The notes beneath the pieces were generated by a model. That model was not told where the DNA came from. It did no database searches and was given only the letters and a program-made list of their open reading frames with translations. Shown here piece after piece: positions 52,180-62,367 of a DNA stretch of 64,000 bases (its first letter is position 1; each line of letters begins with the position of its first letter). This DNA comes from Chloroflexota bacterium (GTDB lineage: Bacteria > Chloroflexota > Limnocylindria > Limnocylindrales > Limnocylindraceae). A program made the translations under genes and the position numbers. The DNA lies in contig JAYQPX010000002.1 of the NCBI GenBank assembly GCA_038145565.1, positions 4,729 to 68,728 on the forward strand, given 5' to 3'.

Positions 52180-53823
52180 CTACTTGTTCAAGGTAGACAG
52201 GTCTGCCCCCGTAATAATCTGAACATCTACGGTGACCGATGGGTCATCAATCTCTACTGCGCGGATCCCCATCAATCGTTCAATCAGAGCCAGCGTGACG
52301 GGAATGCGGAGCGCCGCTCCGTTGTAGACGTTCAGTCGCGTCTGCAGGAGCCCAATCTCTGGAGGCGTGATGCCGCTTGGCGCCGTTGCTTCAAGGCCGG
52401 CTTGGATGAGCCGAGCCGCAAACGCGCCCGCCTCACCTGGCCTGCCGGTCCCATTCAACACCCAGATCCGAGCAGCCTCACGTTCGACCGATTGCTCCTC
52501 TACTTCGTCAGGCGTTGGCTCGGCGGCAAATGTCGCAAGGATCGCCTGGCGAATCTTCTCAACGTCTGGAACGATGATGTACCCGCGCTCGTCCGAGCCA
52601 ACTGTCTGATAGACGGGCGGGGCGAAGACGATGCTCTTCAGGTTGCTCGCATCTACTCGACCGAGGAGTTCGAGCAGTCGGGGGAGATCGGCTTGGGGGA
52701 AGTCGCTCTTGATTGCATCCTGAAGCGTGGATGCAAGGGCGGGGAGATTCGCTGCGATTGCTTCCACATCCGTCTGTGCACGAACCGCGGCGATAACCTG
52801 TTGTTGCCTCTCGGCACGTCCAAAGTCCGAGCTACCGTGACGAGAACGCGCAAAGATCAGCGCTTCTTGGCCATCCATGGTTCTCACGCCAACCGGCATT
52901 CGGACGCGCCGAAGATAGCCAACGCCAGCGGGATACGTCTCATCAACAATGGGATTCTTCGTGGTGATGCGGACTCCGCCGAGGGTATCTACGATCTGCT
53001 TGAAGCCACTGAAGTTGACCATGACGGAGTAGTCAATCCGGATGCCATAGAACTCGCTGAGCATTTCCCGGAGTGCGGCCGCAGGGCCGTTTGGGAACGT
53101 GTCGCTGTTCGCTTTCGCCGAACTATAGTAGGAGTTGATCTTGTTGTTATAGGTTGATCCATAGAGGGCCCGTGCGCCGGCTGGGACTGGGAAATCGACG
53201 GTGTCTCGCGGAATGCTGAACATGCTCACTGACCCTTTTACGGGATCGACACTCGCAACAATGAGAGTGTCCGTGTTGAAGCTCGTTTCACCTTGCCGCT
53301 GGTCCACGCCGATCAGGAGCACATTCAAGCGTTCGGTGCCATCCCAGTTTGGTGGGGCCGTTCCCCCTTGCCCGTCACCCTCCTCGGCGCCACTGAAGAT
53401 TCCGCCGACGAGTGCGGAAGCCGTACTCACATATCCGCCGACGAACAGGTGGATAGAGAGGCCGACGGCGAGCGTGCTCGCGAGGGCAACCGATGAGAGC
53501 AGGGTTGCGCGCACGCCACTGCCACGGGTTAAACCCTGGCGCCAGGCCTCGGCAGCAGCGGCAGCCCGCCAGAGTGCGGCGAGAATGTTCAGGATCCCTG
53601 CCGCACTTAGCCCAAGCGGCGAGAGGAGGAGCCCGAGCAGCCCAGCCAGCCCATCAGCCACGTAGATGCCGGCAAGACCTGCGGCGAGGAGGAAGAGCGG
53701 GGTTGCGAACCGTAGGGCAGCCCTCCAGCGACGCTGATAAGCCTGTCCGAGCCCAGGGAGGAGGACCGAGAAGAGGGCCGCCGCGAACGCGGAGCTTTTT
53801 GGGGTTCGATCGTCGTTGCTCAT
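52180..53823 (-). CDS. LCP (LytR-CpsA-Psr) family cell-envelope phosphotransferase with multi-TM N-terminus and LytR_C domain
   Basis: LNVLLIGVDQR...NTDTLIVASVDP...FSIPRDT core. The preferred start is ATG 53823 (MSNDDRTPK...); the alternative is ATG 53874. Confidence 0.85.
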   Translation of the reverse strand: MSNDDRTPKSSAFAAALFSVLLPGLGQAYQRRWRAALRFATPLFLLAAGLAGIYVADGLAGLLGLLLSPLGLSAAGILNILAALWRAAAAAEAWRQGLTRGSGVRATLLSSVALASTLAVGLSIHLFVGGYVSTASALVGGIFSGAEEGDGQGGTAPPNWDGTERLNVLLIGVDQRQGETSFNTDTLIVASVDPVKGSVSMFSIPRDTVDFPVPAGARALYGSTYNNKINSYYSSAKANSDTFPNGPAAALREMLSEFYGIRIDYSVMVNFSGFKQIVDTLGGVRITTKNPIVDETYPAGVGYLRRVRMPVGVRTMDGQEALIFARSRHGSSDFGRAERQQQVIAAVRAQTDVEAIAANLPALASTLQDAIKSDFPQADLPRLLELLGRVDASNLKSIVFAPPVYQTVGSDERGYIIVPDVEKIRQAILATFAAEPTPDEVEEQSVEREAARIWVLNGTGRPGEAGAFAARLIQAGLEATAPSGITPPEIGLLQTRLNVYNGAALRIPVTLALIERLMGIRAVEIDDPSVTVDVQIITGADLSTLNK

Positions 53824-53903
53824 CCTCGCACGATAGCGCCTCACCCGCGAGTGAGTCGGCGCTCCGTTTGCCATGCAGGGACGCGCGTGGCACGCTCCGT
53901 AGC

Positions 53904-56900
53904 ATGTTCCGTCCCGTTGACGCCCGACCCGACCTTGTCAGCATTGAGCATGAGATGCTGCGCAGCTGGCGGGAGGAAGGCGTCTTTGAGCGTCTTCGCG
54001 CACAGACGACGGGCGGAACTGCATGGTCGTTCCTTGACGGGCCAATCACCGCGAACAACCCGATGGGTGTGCACCATGCCTGGGGTCGCACGTACAAAGA
54101 CCTATTCCAGCGATTCCGTGCTTCGCTTGGCCACGAGCTACGCTGGCAGCAGGGATTCGATTGCCAGGGACTCTGGGTTGAGGTGAATGTTGAGCGTGAG
54201 CTCGGATACACCAGCAAGCGACAGATCGAAGAGCAGGGGCTTGCCGAATTCATCAGTCTCTGCAAGCAGCGCGTGCTCACATATGCCGCCCGACAGACAC
54301 AGCAATCAATTCGGCTCGGCATGTGGATGGACTGGAATGATCCAACCGAACTTCTGAAGCTTCGTGATGCTCTTGCAGAGGGTCCTGCGACGCCGGTCAC
54401 GATCGCTGGCGTGAACGGTCCTGTGAGCGGCCCAGTAGAGCGGCTGATTGGGCGACTCGGCACTCCTGAGGTTGGAGGTTCGTACTTCACATTCTCCGAT
54501 GAGAATAACGACCTCATCTGGACCTTCCTTGCAACGTGCCATGCGCGTGGCTGGCTCTACAAGGGGAGCGACAGCATGCCGTGGTGCGCCCGCTGCGGTA
54601 CGGGGATCAGTCAGCACGAGATGACTGAGGGGTATGCAGATCGCGAAGATCCGTCGCTCTATTTCGGGCTGGCACTCGTGGATCGGCCAGGCGAAGAGCT
54701 CGTCGCGTGGACAACCACGCCCTGGACGGTAGTCGCGAATGTTGCCGCCGCTGTGCATCCCACACTCGATTACGAACTTGTTGAGTTTGACGGCCGCAAG
54801 CTCTGGATTGGCGCATCGCGTCGCACTGCCACCCTTGGTGGTGGTGCCCCGCGCGCTGTCCTTCTTGAAACACGAAAAGGGGCTGAACTGATCGGTTGGA
54901 AGTACCGTGCGCCTTTTGATGACCTGCCCGCGGTGCGTGAAGCGCTCGGACCTGACGGAGCTGCACACCGCGTGATCGGATGGGACGACGTTGGCTCCGA
55001 AGAGGGGACTTGCATCGTGCACATTGCTCCTGGATGCGGAAGCGATGACCATAAGCTTGGTGTTGCTGAGGGGCTCCCTACAATTGCGCCAATTGATGAA
55101 TCGGGCCTCTACCTTGACGGCTTTGGAGCCCTTAGTGGACGCGAATGGCATGAGGTGACAGAGGACGTGTTCGCGCACCTCACCGCCGCGAAGAGTCTGC
55201 TGCGTCGTGAGAAGATCACGCACCGATATCCCCACTGCTGGCGTTGCGCGACACCACTGGTATTCCGGCTTGTCGATGAGTGGTTCATCAGCATGGGGCC
55301 GCTCTACGACAAGCCACGCAGTGAGCTCACAAAGGGGGAGCTCGACGCGAGCCTGCGGTACCAGATCATGTCCGTGGTCGACCGGATCACGTGGCTTCCA
55401 GAGTTCGGGTATGAGCGCGAACTTGATTGGCTCCGCAACATGAGCGACTGGATGATCTCGAAGAAGCGCTACTGGGGCCTCGCGCTGCCGATTTACGAGT
55501 GCGCCTCGTGCGGCAAGGTGGAAGTGCTCAGTTCGCGCAAGGAGTTGGAGGGGCGAGCAACCGCTGGGGCGGCGGCGCTTGAGGGACACACGGCGCACCG
55601 CCCATACATTGATGAGGTGCAGATTGACTGCAGTGGGTGCGGGGCGAAGGTCACGCGCGTCCCTGACGTGGGGAACCCGTGGCTCGATGCGGGAATCGTC
55701 TCGTTCTCAACGCTGCGGTACCGCGAGGAACCTGAGTACTGGAAGCGTTGGTTCCCTGCCGACTTCATCACCGAGAGCTTCCCAGGACAGTTCCGCAACT
55801 GGTTCTATTCGCTCCTCGCCATGTCTACGGTGATGGCATCAAGCGAACCGACAAAGACGATCTTCGGTTACGGCCTTGTGGCGGGTGCTGACGGACGGGC
55901 GATGCACAAGAGCTGGGGGAACTCCATTGAGTTCGACGAAGCGGCCGACCGCATGGGGGCGGACGTGATGCGCTGGCTCTTTGTGGGCTCGCGGCCGGAG
56001 GAGAACGTGCTCTTCGGCTGGGAGGCAGCCGATGAGACTCGACGCCGACTGCTGGTTCTGTGGAACGTGTACGCCTTCCTGGTAGGGCAGGCACGATCGG
56101 CCCGATGGACGCCAGGTCAGGTTGAGGTGCCAGCCTCGTCGAGAAGTGTGATGGATCGGTGGATTCTCAGTCGCTCAGCCGAACTCGCCTCCAGCGTCGA
56201 AACCTCCTTGCGCGCCTACGACGCGTACGCTGCCGTTCGTCGACTTGAACAGGGGATCGACGAGCTTTCTACCTGGTACCTCCGTCGCACCCGTGATCAG
56301 TTTTCTGCGGACGCACCAGAGCGCGAAAGGCACGCCGCCTTCGACACATTGCATCAGGCACTACTCACGCTGCTTCGGGTTGCCGCGCCGATCAGTCCGT
56401 TCTTTACCGATTCGCTGTATCGCAATTTGGTAGGCATCGACCAGACTAAAGGGAAAGCCGCCAACGAGGGGATTCACGAAGTCGTCGGCGGGACGGCACG
56501 ACCGCTGGCTGAGGCGATTCGCACAGGGAGCGCACCTGTCAGCATCCACCTCCTGCGCTGGCCGAGTGAAGAGAGTGAGGGATGGCGCGACATTGAACTG
56601 GAGCTGGCAATGGAACGAATCATTCGCGCTGCGGAGCTCGGCCGCTCAGTACGCAGTGCAGCAAGCATCCGGACTCGCCAGCCTCTCGCTCGCGCCCGAG
56701 TGGTTCTTGGCGTGCACGGTGGCGACGCAGAGGCCCTCCAGAACATCCTCGCCGATGAGCTCAACGTGAAGAGCGTTGAGCGCGTTGACGATGCTTCCGG
56801 CCTCTTTGAGCGTCGCGTCAAGGTTCTCCTTCCGAAGGTTGCAAAGCGACTCGGTGCATCCACGCAAGTTGTGATGCAAGCGGCACGCGACGGGAAGGTT

Positions 56901-57320
56901 GAGTTTCTTGCGAACGGTGCAGTCGCTATCGCTGGAGTTGAGCTTGCTGCCGATGAGATTGAGATCCAGGCGGTCCCTCGTGAGGGTCAACATGTGGCTG
57001 AGGACGACGGCCTGGTCGTGGAGCTCGACACGAGTTTGACGCCCGCACTGGTTTTGGAAGGTGATGCACGTGAGGTGATCCGCGCAGTGCAAGAGGCACG
57101 TAAGAGTGCTGGGCTCCAGCGGGAAGACCGCGTGGAGATGGAGATTCGAGGTGCTCCGAGCGAACTGGAGCACCATCGGGGAGAGATCGTGATCGCGGTT
57201 GGCGCGCTTCGCTGCCGTTTCGCAGCGAACGGGGGAGCTCCACTCTCAGGGTGGGAGCGCGCGACCGTGGCGCTCTCTGGAGGCGACGCGGAGCTGTTCA
57301 TTCGTCGCGCGACCGAATGA
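53904..57320 (+). CDS. ileS: isoleucine--tRNA ligase, type 2 (Thermus/eukaryote-like)
   Basis: About 1138 aa from ATG 53904, with a CP1 editing domain (TTPWTVVANVAAAVHP) and Zn-type motifs WCARCGT and HCWRCATPL. The ORF-track N-terminal 137 aa are antisense to the LCP gene and were rejected. Confidence 0.92.
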   Translation: MFRPVDARPDLVSIEHEMLRSWREEGVFERLRAQTTGGTAWSFLDGPITANNPMGVHHAWGRTYKDLFQRFRASLGHELRWQQGFDCQGLWVEVNVERELGYTSKRQIEEQGLAEFISLCKQRVLTYAARQTQQSIRLGMWMDWNDPTELLKLRDALAEGPATPVTIAGVNGPVSGPVERLIGRLGTPEVGGSYFTFSDENNDLIWTFLATCHARGWLYKGSDSMPWCARCGTGISQHEMTEGYADREDPSLYFGLALVDRPGEELVAWTTTPWTVVANVAAAVHPTLDYELVEFDGRKLWIGASRRTATLGGGAPRAVLLETRKGAELIGWKYRAPFDDLPAVREALGPDGAAHRVIGWDDVGSEEGTCIVHIAPGCGSDDHKLGVAEGLPTIAPIDESGLYLDGFGALSGREWHEVTEDVFAHLTAAKSLLRREKITHRYPHCWRCATPLVFRLVDEWFISMGPLYDKPRSELTKGELDASLRYQIMSVVDRITWLPEFGYERELDWLRNMSDWMISKKRYWGLALPIYECASCGKVEVLSSRKELEGRATAGAAALEGHTAHRPYIDEVQIDCSGCGAKVTRVPDVGNPWLDAGIVSFSTLRYREEPEYWKRWFPADFITESFPGQFRNWFYSLLAMSTVMASSEPTKTIFGYGLVAGADGRAMHKSWGNSIEFDEAADRMGADVMRWLFVGSRPEENVLFGWEAADETRRRLLVLWNVYAFLVGQARSARWTPGQVEVPASSRSVMDRWILSRSAELASSVETSLRAYDAYAAVRRLEQGIDELSTWYLRRTRDQFSADAPERERHAAFDTLHQALLTLLRVAAPISPFFTDSLYRNLVGIDQTKGKAANEGIHEVVGGTARPLAEAIRTGSAPVSIHLLRWPSEESEGWRDIELELAMERIIRAAELGRSVRSAASIRTRQPLARARVVLGVHGGDAEALQNILADELNVKSVERVDDASGLFERRVKVLLPKVAKRLGASTQVVMQAARDGKVEFLANGAVAIAGVELAADEIEIQAVPREGQHVAEDDGLVVELDTSLTPALVLEGDAREVIRAVQEARKSAGLQREDRVEMEIRGAPSELEHHRGEIVIAVGALRCRFAANGGAPLSGWERATVALSGGDAELFIRRATE

Positions 57321-57793
57321 GGCGTGCACTTGTCGTCGGTGTGGCGGGCCTTGTGTTTCTGTTTGATCGTTTTAGCAAAACGGCGCTCCCTGACCTCTTA
57401 AGTGAAGGCTCTCCACGCGAGATCCTTGGAAGCACCCTCCAATTGAGTCGCAGTGAGAACCGAGGCGGTCTCTTCGGTCTCTTCCAGGGGAGCGCACCGA
57501 TCCTTGCCCTCTTGAGTCTCGGTGTTGTGGCTGCTCTCTTGGTGTTCCACGAGCGAGAGGGCGAGCGGCGACCGTCTGCGCTGACTCTTGCAACAGGGCT
57601 GTTGATCGGTGGTGCGCTGGGGAATCTTCTCGATCGCATCACGATGGGCTACGTGCTCGACTTCATCGACCTTGGGATTGGCACCCTGCGCTTCTGGACC
57701 TTCAATGTGGCTGATATGGGAATTAGTTTTGGGATCTTGACCATGCTGCTCGTGGCACTCCGCTCACCGCGCGAACGCGACCGGAGGACCTGA
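57317..57793 (+). CDS. lspA: lipoprotein signal peptidase II
   Basis: About 158 aa from ATG 57317, NRGGLFG and FNVADMGISFG motifs; ATGA overlap with ileS. Confidence 0.92.
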   Translation: MRRALVVGVAGLVFLFDRFSKTALPDLLSEGSPREILGSTLQLSRSENRGGLFGLFQGSAPILALLSLGVVAALLVFHEREGERRPSALTLATGLLIGGALGNLLDRITMGYVLDFIDLGIGTLRFWTFNVADMGISFGILTMLLVALRSPRERDRRT

Positions 57794-58737
57794 TGAGCGA
57801 CTCCCGAGAGATTGATCTACCGATCCCGCCTGAAGCGGTGCGTCAGCGCGCGGATCGATTCGTTGCAGATCGTTGCGGTCTCTCTCGTTCGTTCGTCCAG
57901 CGTTTGATCAGCGAGGGGCGGCTCACCATGAACGGCGTGGAGATTCGCGCCAGCAGCGCGCTGACTCCGGGAGGCACGCTCCACCTCTCAATCCCGCCAG
58001 TGGCTGATGCGCAGCTATTAGCTGAAGAGATCCCGATCAACGTGGTGTATGAAGACGAAGACATCCTTGTGGTGGACAAGCCAGCGGGGCTTGTGGTGCA
58101 CCCAGCTCCGGGGCATGCAAGCGGCACACTCGTGAACGCACTACTCCATCATGTTGAAGACCTTCCTGGCATTGCTGGGGTTGCACGGCCTGGACTCGTT
58201 CATCGACTTGATAAAGACACCTCAGGCCTGCTTGTCGTAGCAAAAGGGGACCTCGCCCAGTCGAGTCTGATGGCGCAACTAAAGGCACGACGGGTCAAGA
58301 AAACCTATCTCACGCTGGTGCAGGGTTCTGTTGCGGCGGAGGTCGGACGGATTGAGGCGCCAATCGGGCGTGACCCTTCGGAACGGAAGCGGATGGCGGT
58401 CGTTGCAGGCGGTCGCCCGGCGACAACGGGTTACCGAGTGCGGGAACGATTTGCGGGCTGGACTCTGCTCGACGTCGATCTAATCACCGGCCGAACGCAT
58501 CAGATCCGCGTTCATCTGACTGAGATTGGTCATCCGATCGCGGGAGATCCAACGTACGGAAACGGAACGAGCCGACGCGGCCCCGAAGGGACGATGAGGC
58601 TCTTCCTGCATGCGTGGCGGATCGCGTTCACCCATCCGCGCGACGGGCGGCTGATGCGGCTGGAGGCCCCGCTCCCTCCGGATCTGGAGCGCCCACTTGA
58701 TACGCTACGGTTGCACGCAAAGAGATCGGAGGGCTGA
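57793..58737 (+). CDS. rluD: 23S rRNA pseudouridine synthase, RluA family (RluD-like)
   Basis: 314 aa, S4 domain then HRLDKDTSGLLVVAK catalytic Asp motif. Confidence 0.9.
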   Translation: MSDSREIDLPIPPEAVRQRADRFVADRCGLSRSFVQRLISEGRLTMNGVEIRASSALTPGGTLHLSIPPVADAQLLAEEIPINVVYEDEDILVVDKPAGLVVHPAPGHASGTLVNALLHHVEDLPGIAGVARPGLVHRLDKDTSGLLVVAKGDLAQSSLMAQLKARRVKKTYLTLVQGSVAAEVGRIEAPIGRDPSERKRMAVVAGGRPATTGYRVRERFAGWTLLDVDLITGRTHQIRVHLTEIGHPIAGDPTYGNGTSRRGPEGTMRLFLHAWRIAFTHPRDGRLMRLEAPLPPDLERPLDTLRLHAKRSEG

Positions 58738-59360
58738 TGCCAGGTCAGCGTCGCGTTGGCGCAGCAGGAGCGCAGGTGATTGTGATCTCAGGCCCCAGTG
58801 GCGTGGGAAAGGACACGATCATTAACGAGTTGCGTCGCCGGCCGATCGGTCAAACTTTCCACTACGTGGTGACCTGCACTACTCGAGAGCCGCGATCAGG
58901 TGAGATGAACGGCGTGCACTACCACTTCCACACCGACGAATCGTTTTCCGCCCTGCGTGAGGCGAACGGCCTGCTTGAGTCAGCAACTGTTCATGGGCGC
59001 TCGTACGGCACGCCTCGCAGTGAGGTTCGAGAGGCGTTGGAGCGTGGAGAAGATGCGATCCTCAAGATCGACGTGCAAGGTGCGCGCAGCGTTCGCGCAG
59101 AGATTCCCGAGGCGATACTCATCTTCATCGCTCCACCCTCACCTGAGGCGCTCGCTGCCCGACTCGCGGGCCGTGGAACTGAGTCTGCGGAGGACCTTGT
59201 GACCCGCGCACGAAGTGCGATCGTGGAGATGGATCGTGCAAAAGAGTACGACTACCTAGTACTCAACGAGACTGGTTACCCGGAAGAGGCGGCCGCACAG
59301 GTTGAGAAAATCGTGCTTGCGGAACGCGCCAAGCATCCGGAGCGTCGGATCAGCGTGTGA
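58737..59360 (+). CDS. gmk: guanylate kinase
   Basis: 207 aa, ISGPSGVGKDT P-loop, GVHYHF, YGTPR motifs. Confidence 0.93.
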   Translation: MPGQRRVGAAGAQVIVISGPSGVGKDTIINELRRRPIGQTFHYVVTCTTREPRSGEMNGVHYHFHTDESFSALREANGLLESATVHGRSYGTPRSEVREALERGEDAILKIDVQGARSVRAEIPEAILIFIAPPSPEALAARLAGRGTESAEDLVTRARSAIVEMDRAKEYDYLVLNETGYPEEAAAQVEKIVLAERAKHPERRISV

Positions 59361-61774
59361 GTGGGGGCGTTGGGCCCCAGTTAGCGCGGCCCAGTGATCA
59401 GCCGAACACCATTCGCATTGCGGTGGATCTCCCTGGCCCTCAAGGGGAGCGGCTCTACGATTACCTGCCCCCTGAACGTGAAGAGGTTCAGATTGGAGAT
59501 GCGGTGATCGTGCCATTTGGTGGGCGGCGTGCGATTGGGATCGTTACCTCAAACGTTGGCGAACTTCCGCCTCCTTCTGGCGTCACCCTAAAGCGTGCGG
59601 AGGCAAAGCTAAGCGGGGCTCCTCTGATCGGATCGCTCGGCATGCGCTTCGCCGAAGCGATCGCCACACACTGGCTTGCACCGCTTGCGCTGACTGTTCG
59701 TTCACTCCTTCCGCCTGGACTCCTCGACAAGGTGGAGGTTGCCATTCGCTCAGCGGGCACGCCAAGTGAGGCAGAGGAGCGCGTAGGAATCAGCCAGACA
59801 TGGGTATCGGTTGACCGACTTGCTGGAGCACGCGGGAGCGGGCGCAGCGCGCTCCTGGCACTGATTCGGAGTGGTGAGCGCGACGGTCGGCTTGAGCGGA
59901 GTTGGAGACTGAGTGCCGTGCATGGTCGCTTGATCGAAGATGCGTACGCATCACGAACGAGCGCCGCCGACATGCCGGATGCCCGTACTCGCCTCGGACT
60001 CCGCCAGCGCGCGCTGCTGGCAGCGCTTGATCGTGCCGAAGCCAGCGGCGATGGACAGGTACGCGCAGCCGATCTCCCTGGTGGGCTTCCCGCCGCCCGT
60101 CGCCTTGCAGCCCTCGGTCTCGTGCAGGTTGTGATGCGACGACATCAGCGGCGACACGCTGATCGCCGCGACCACGTGGTCAGTGATCTCTCTGTCTCCG
60201 AATGGAGCGCTGCGCAGCGCGCACTCCTGAGCGAGCCAAGGCTTGATGGCGTCACGCTGATCGACGGAGCGCCAGGGTCGGGGAAGAGTCGTCTCGCCGC
60301 CGAGATCGCGTCGCGCACGCTCGCTGCGGGGCGGTCAGTGCTCTGGCTCGTCCCTGAGGCGACGCAGGTTGCCCTTGCTGCAGATATGCTTCGGAGCATC
60401 ACCGGGGTAGAACCGGAGCTGGTGCATTCTGGCGCGAGCCAAGGTGAGCGGCTTGATGCTCATGCCCGGTTGCAGGCGATTGGCCCGCATCTCGTAGTGG
60501 GCACGCGCGTTGCACTGGGCGCGCTGAGTCGTGAGGTTGGCCTGATCGTCGTTGATGAGGAACACGAGGCGGCCTACAAGTCTGATCGCACCCCACGCCT
60601 TCATGCGCGCGATGCAGCCATCATGCTTGGTAGATTTGCACAAGCACCCGTCCTTCTTATCAGTGCAACGCCATCCATCGAGACGGTCGCACGGGCCAAG
60701 CAGCAGGCGTGGCGATGTGTAACCCTTGAGCCTCGCCGTGCGGCAATCCGTGTCGAAATCGTGGATATGCGTCGCGAACTTGAAGACGGCTGGAAATCAA
60801 TGATCAGTCGACCGCTTCTTGCAGCGCTTGAAGCGATCAAATGGGGTGATGGAGAGCAGGCACTGCTGATCATGAATCGGCGAGGCCTTGCCTCCGCGCT
60901 CCTCTGCAGGGACTGTGGCGCGGCGCAATCATGTCCCTCGTGTGAACGACCACTCGTCCTGCACAGCGCAGGGTCTCTGCTCCGCTGTCACGGGTGTGGG
61001 CTCGTTGCGGAGCCGCTCACGCGGTGCCCTTCGTGCAACGGTGCACGGATTCGCGCGATCGGTGGGGGTACAGAGCGCCTTGAGGGTGAAGTGAAGCGAC
61101 TCCTACCCTCGCTCCGCATCGGTCGACTCGACGCCGACACCACCGCCAACATTGGTGCAGGCGATCGCATCTTGGATGCCTTCCGAAAGGGTGAGACCCA
61201 GTTGCTGATCGGTACCGCACTTGCGGCGAAGGCGTTAGATCTCCCTCGCCTTGCGCTGGTTGGGATCGCCTCCGCGGACGCGGGCCTCCTGCTACCCGAC
61301 GAACGCGCTGCGGAGCGGGTCGTCTCTCTGATCGTGCAGGCGAGTGGACGCTTGGGACGAGGGGGGAGCGGCGGGACTGCATGGGTGCAGAGCTATCGGC
61401 CGGACGATCCTGCGATTGCGGCTGCGGTAGAGCTCGCACGTGGCGGTGACGTCAGTGCGTGGCGCCGGCGCGAAGTTCTACTTCGTGAAAGGGCTGGTGG
61501 CGCCCCATTTCTGCGCACGGCGAAGATCACCGTCTCTGGCGTTACCGCAACTACCACTCATACGCGGGCGGTTGCCGTTGCGGAGAAGTTGCGCAGTCAA
61601 ATTCCTGTGGACTCTGGGGCGCGGCTCCTTGGACCGATCCCTGCCTGGGTGCCAAAACGCGCGGGGCGTTGGAGGGAGAACCTTATTCTGCGTGCCGCCG
61701 ATCCGCTCCCGTTTGTCCAGGCGCTCGGCGGGCGCGATGTGAGCATTGACTTGGATCCCGAGACACTCCTCTAG
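59357..61774 (+). CDS. priA: primosomal protein N' (replication restart helicase PriA)
   Basis: 805 aa, winged-helix N-terminus (GDAVIVPFGGRRAIGIV), GAPGSGKS, VVDEEHE, Cys-rich Zn region CRDCG..CPSC...CHGCG...CPSC. Confidence 0.9.
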   Translation: MSGGVGPQLARPSDQPNTIRIAVDLPGPQGERLYDYLPPEREEVQIGDAVIVPFGGRRAIGIVTSNVGELPPPSGVTLKRAEAKLSGAPLIGSLGMRFAEAIATHWLAPLALTVRSLLPPGLLDKVEVAIRSAGTPSEAEERVGISQTWVSVDRLAGARGSGRSALLALIRSGERDGRLERSWRLSAVHGRLIEDAYASRTSAADMPDARTRLGLRQRALLAALDRAEASGDGQVRAADLPGGLPAARRLAALGLVQVVMRRHQRRHADRRDHVVSDLSVSEWSAAQRALLSEPRLDGVTLIDGAPGSGKSRLAAEIASRTLAAGRSVLWLVPEATQVALAADMLRSITGVEPELVHSGASQGERLDAHARLQAIGPHLVVGTRVALGALSREVGLIVVDEEHEAAYKSDRTPRLHARDAAIMLGRFAQAPVLLISATPSIETVARAKQQAWRCVTLEPRRAAIRVEIVDMRRELEDGWKSMISRPLLAALEAIKWGDGEQALLIMNRRGLASALLCRDCGAAQSCPSCERPLVLHSAGSLLRCHGCGLVAEPLTRCPSCNGARIRAIGGGTERLEGEVKRLLPSLRIGRLDADTTANIGAGDRILDAFRKGETQLLIGTALAAKALDLPRLALVGIASADAGLLLPDERAAERVVSLIVQASGRLGRGGSGGTAWVQSYRPDDPAIAAAVELARGGDVSAWRRREVLLRERAGGAPFLRTAKITVSGVTATTTHTRAVAVAEKLRSQIPVDSGARLLGPIPAWVPKRAGRWRENLILRAADPLPFVQALGGRDVSIDLDPETLL

Positions 61775-61787
61775 GCTCCCCGCCGAT

Positions 61788-61796
61788 TGGTAGAAT
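61788..61796 (+). promoter_or_regulatory. candidate extended -10 (TGgTAGAAT) 6 nt upstream of the def ATG
   Basis: TGGTAGAAT-cacgcc-ATG(61803); no SD. Confidence 0.5.
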
Positions 61797-61802
61797 CACG
61801 CC

Positions 61803-62357
61803 ATGAGTGTGAAGCCGATCCTGCTCCTTGGTGATCCGCGCCTCCGCATGCCTGGGGAGCCTGTAGAGAGTTTTGGAAAGTTGCTGCACAGCCTTCTTGA
61901 CGATCTTGTGCATACAATGCGCGCTGCCCCCGGCGCTGGACTTGCCGCCCCACAGCTTGGCGAACCGCTAAACGTTGCGGTTGTGGAGGCGAAGGGGCGC
62001 ACATATGAGCTCGTCAATCCGCGCATCGTGCGCGATAAGGGCGATGTGACCGATCTTGAAGGGTGCCTATCAATCCCGGGTTACGTTGCTGACATCACGC
62101 GACGTGAACGAGTGTGGGTTGAAGCGCAAGATCGTCACGGGCGTGTCTACAAGTTCAACGAACACGGCTTTATTGCACGCGCCGTACAGCACGAGCTCGA
62201 TCACCTGAAGGGGAAACTTTACATTGACTACCTTGAATCACTCGATCAGTTGATCGCCGTAACTGGCGATGAGGATGCTAGCGAGACTGATCCTGAAAGT
62301 CCGGAAGGGAAACGCGCCAAGCGTGCGGCTCGCGCCGCAGAGGCACACAGTCACTGA
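61803..62357 (+). CDS. def: peptide deformylase
   Basis: 184 aa, GAGLAAPQLG, EGCLSIPG, HELDHL metal-binding motifs; charged C-terminal tail. Confidence 0.95.
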   Translation: MSVKPILLLGDPRLRMPGEPVESFGKLLHSLLDDLVHTMRAAPGAGLAAPQLGEPLNVAVVEAKGRTYELVNPRIVRDKGDVTDLEGCLSIPGYVADITRRERVWVEAQDRHGRVYKFNEHGFIARAVQHELDHLKGKLYIDYLESLDQLIAVTGDEDASETDPESPEGKRAKRAARAAEAHSH

Positions 62358-62367
62358 TCTGCGGCTC

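Noticed and set aside
53493-53903. 137-aa N-terminal extension of the ileS ORF
   Set aside because: It is Arg/Pro/Gly-rich and fully antisense to the LCP gene. IleRS homology starts at MFRPVDARPDL (ATG 53904).
53824-53903. T-box riboswitch or attenuator upstream of ileS
   Set aside because: Only about 80 nt are available (30 nt if the LCP gene starts at 53874). No specifier/antiterminator architecture is visible.
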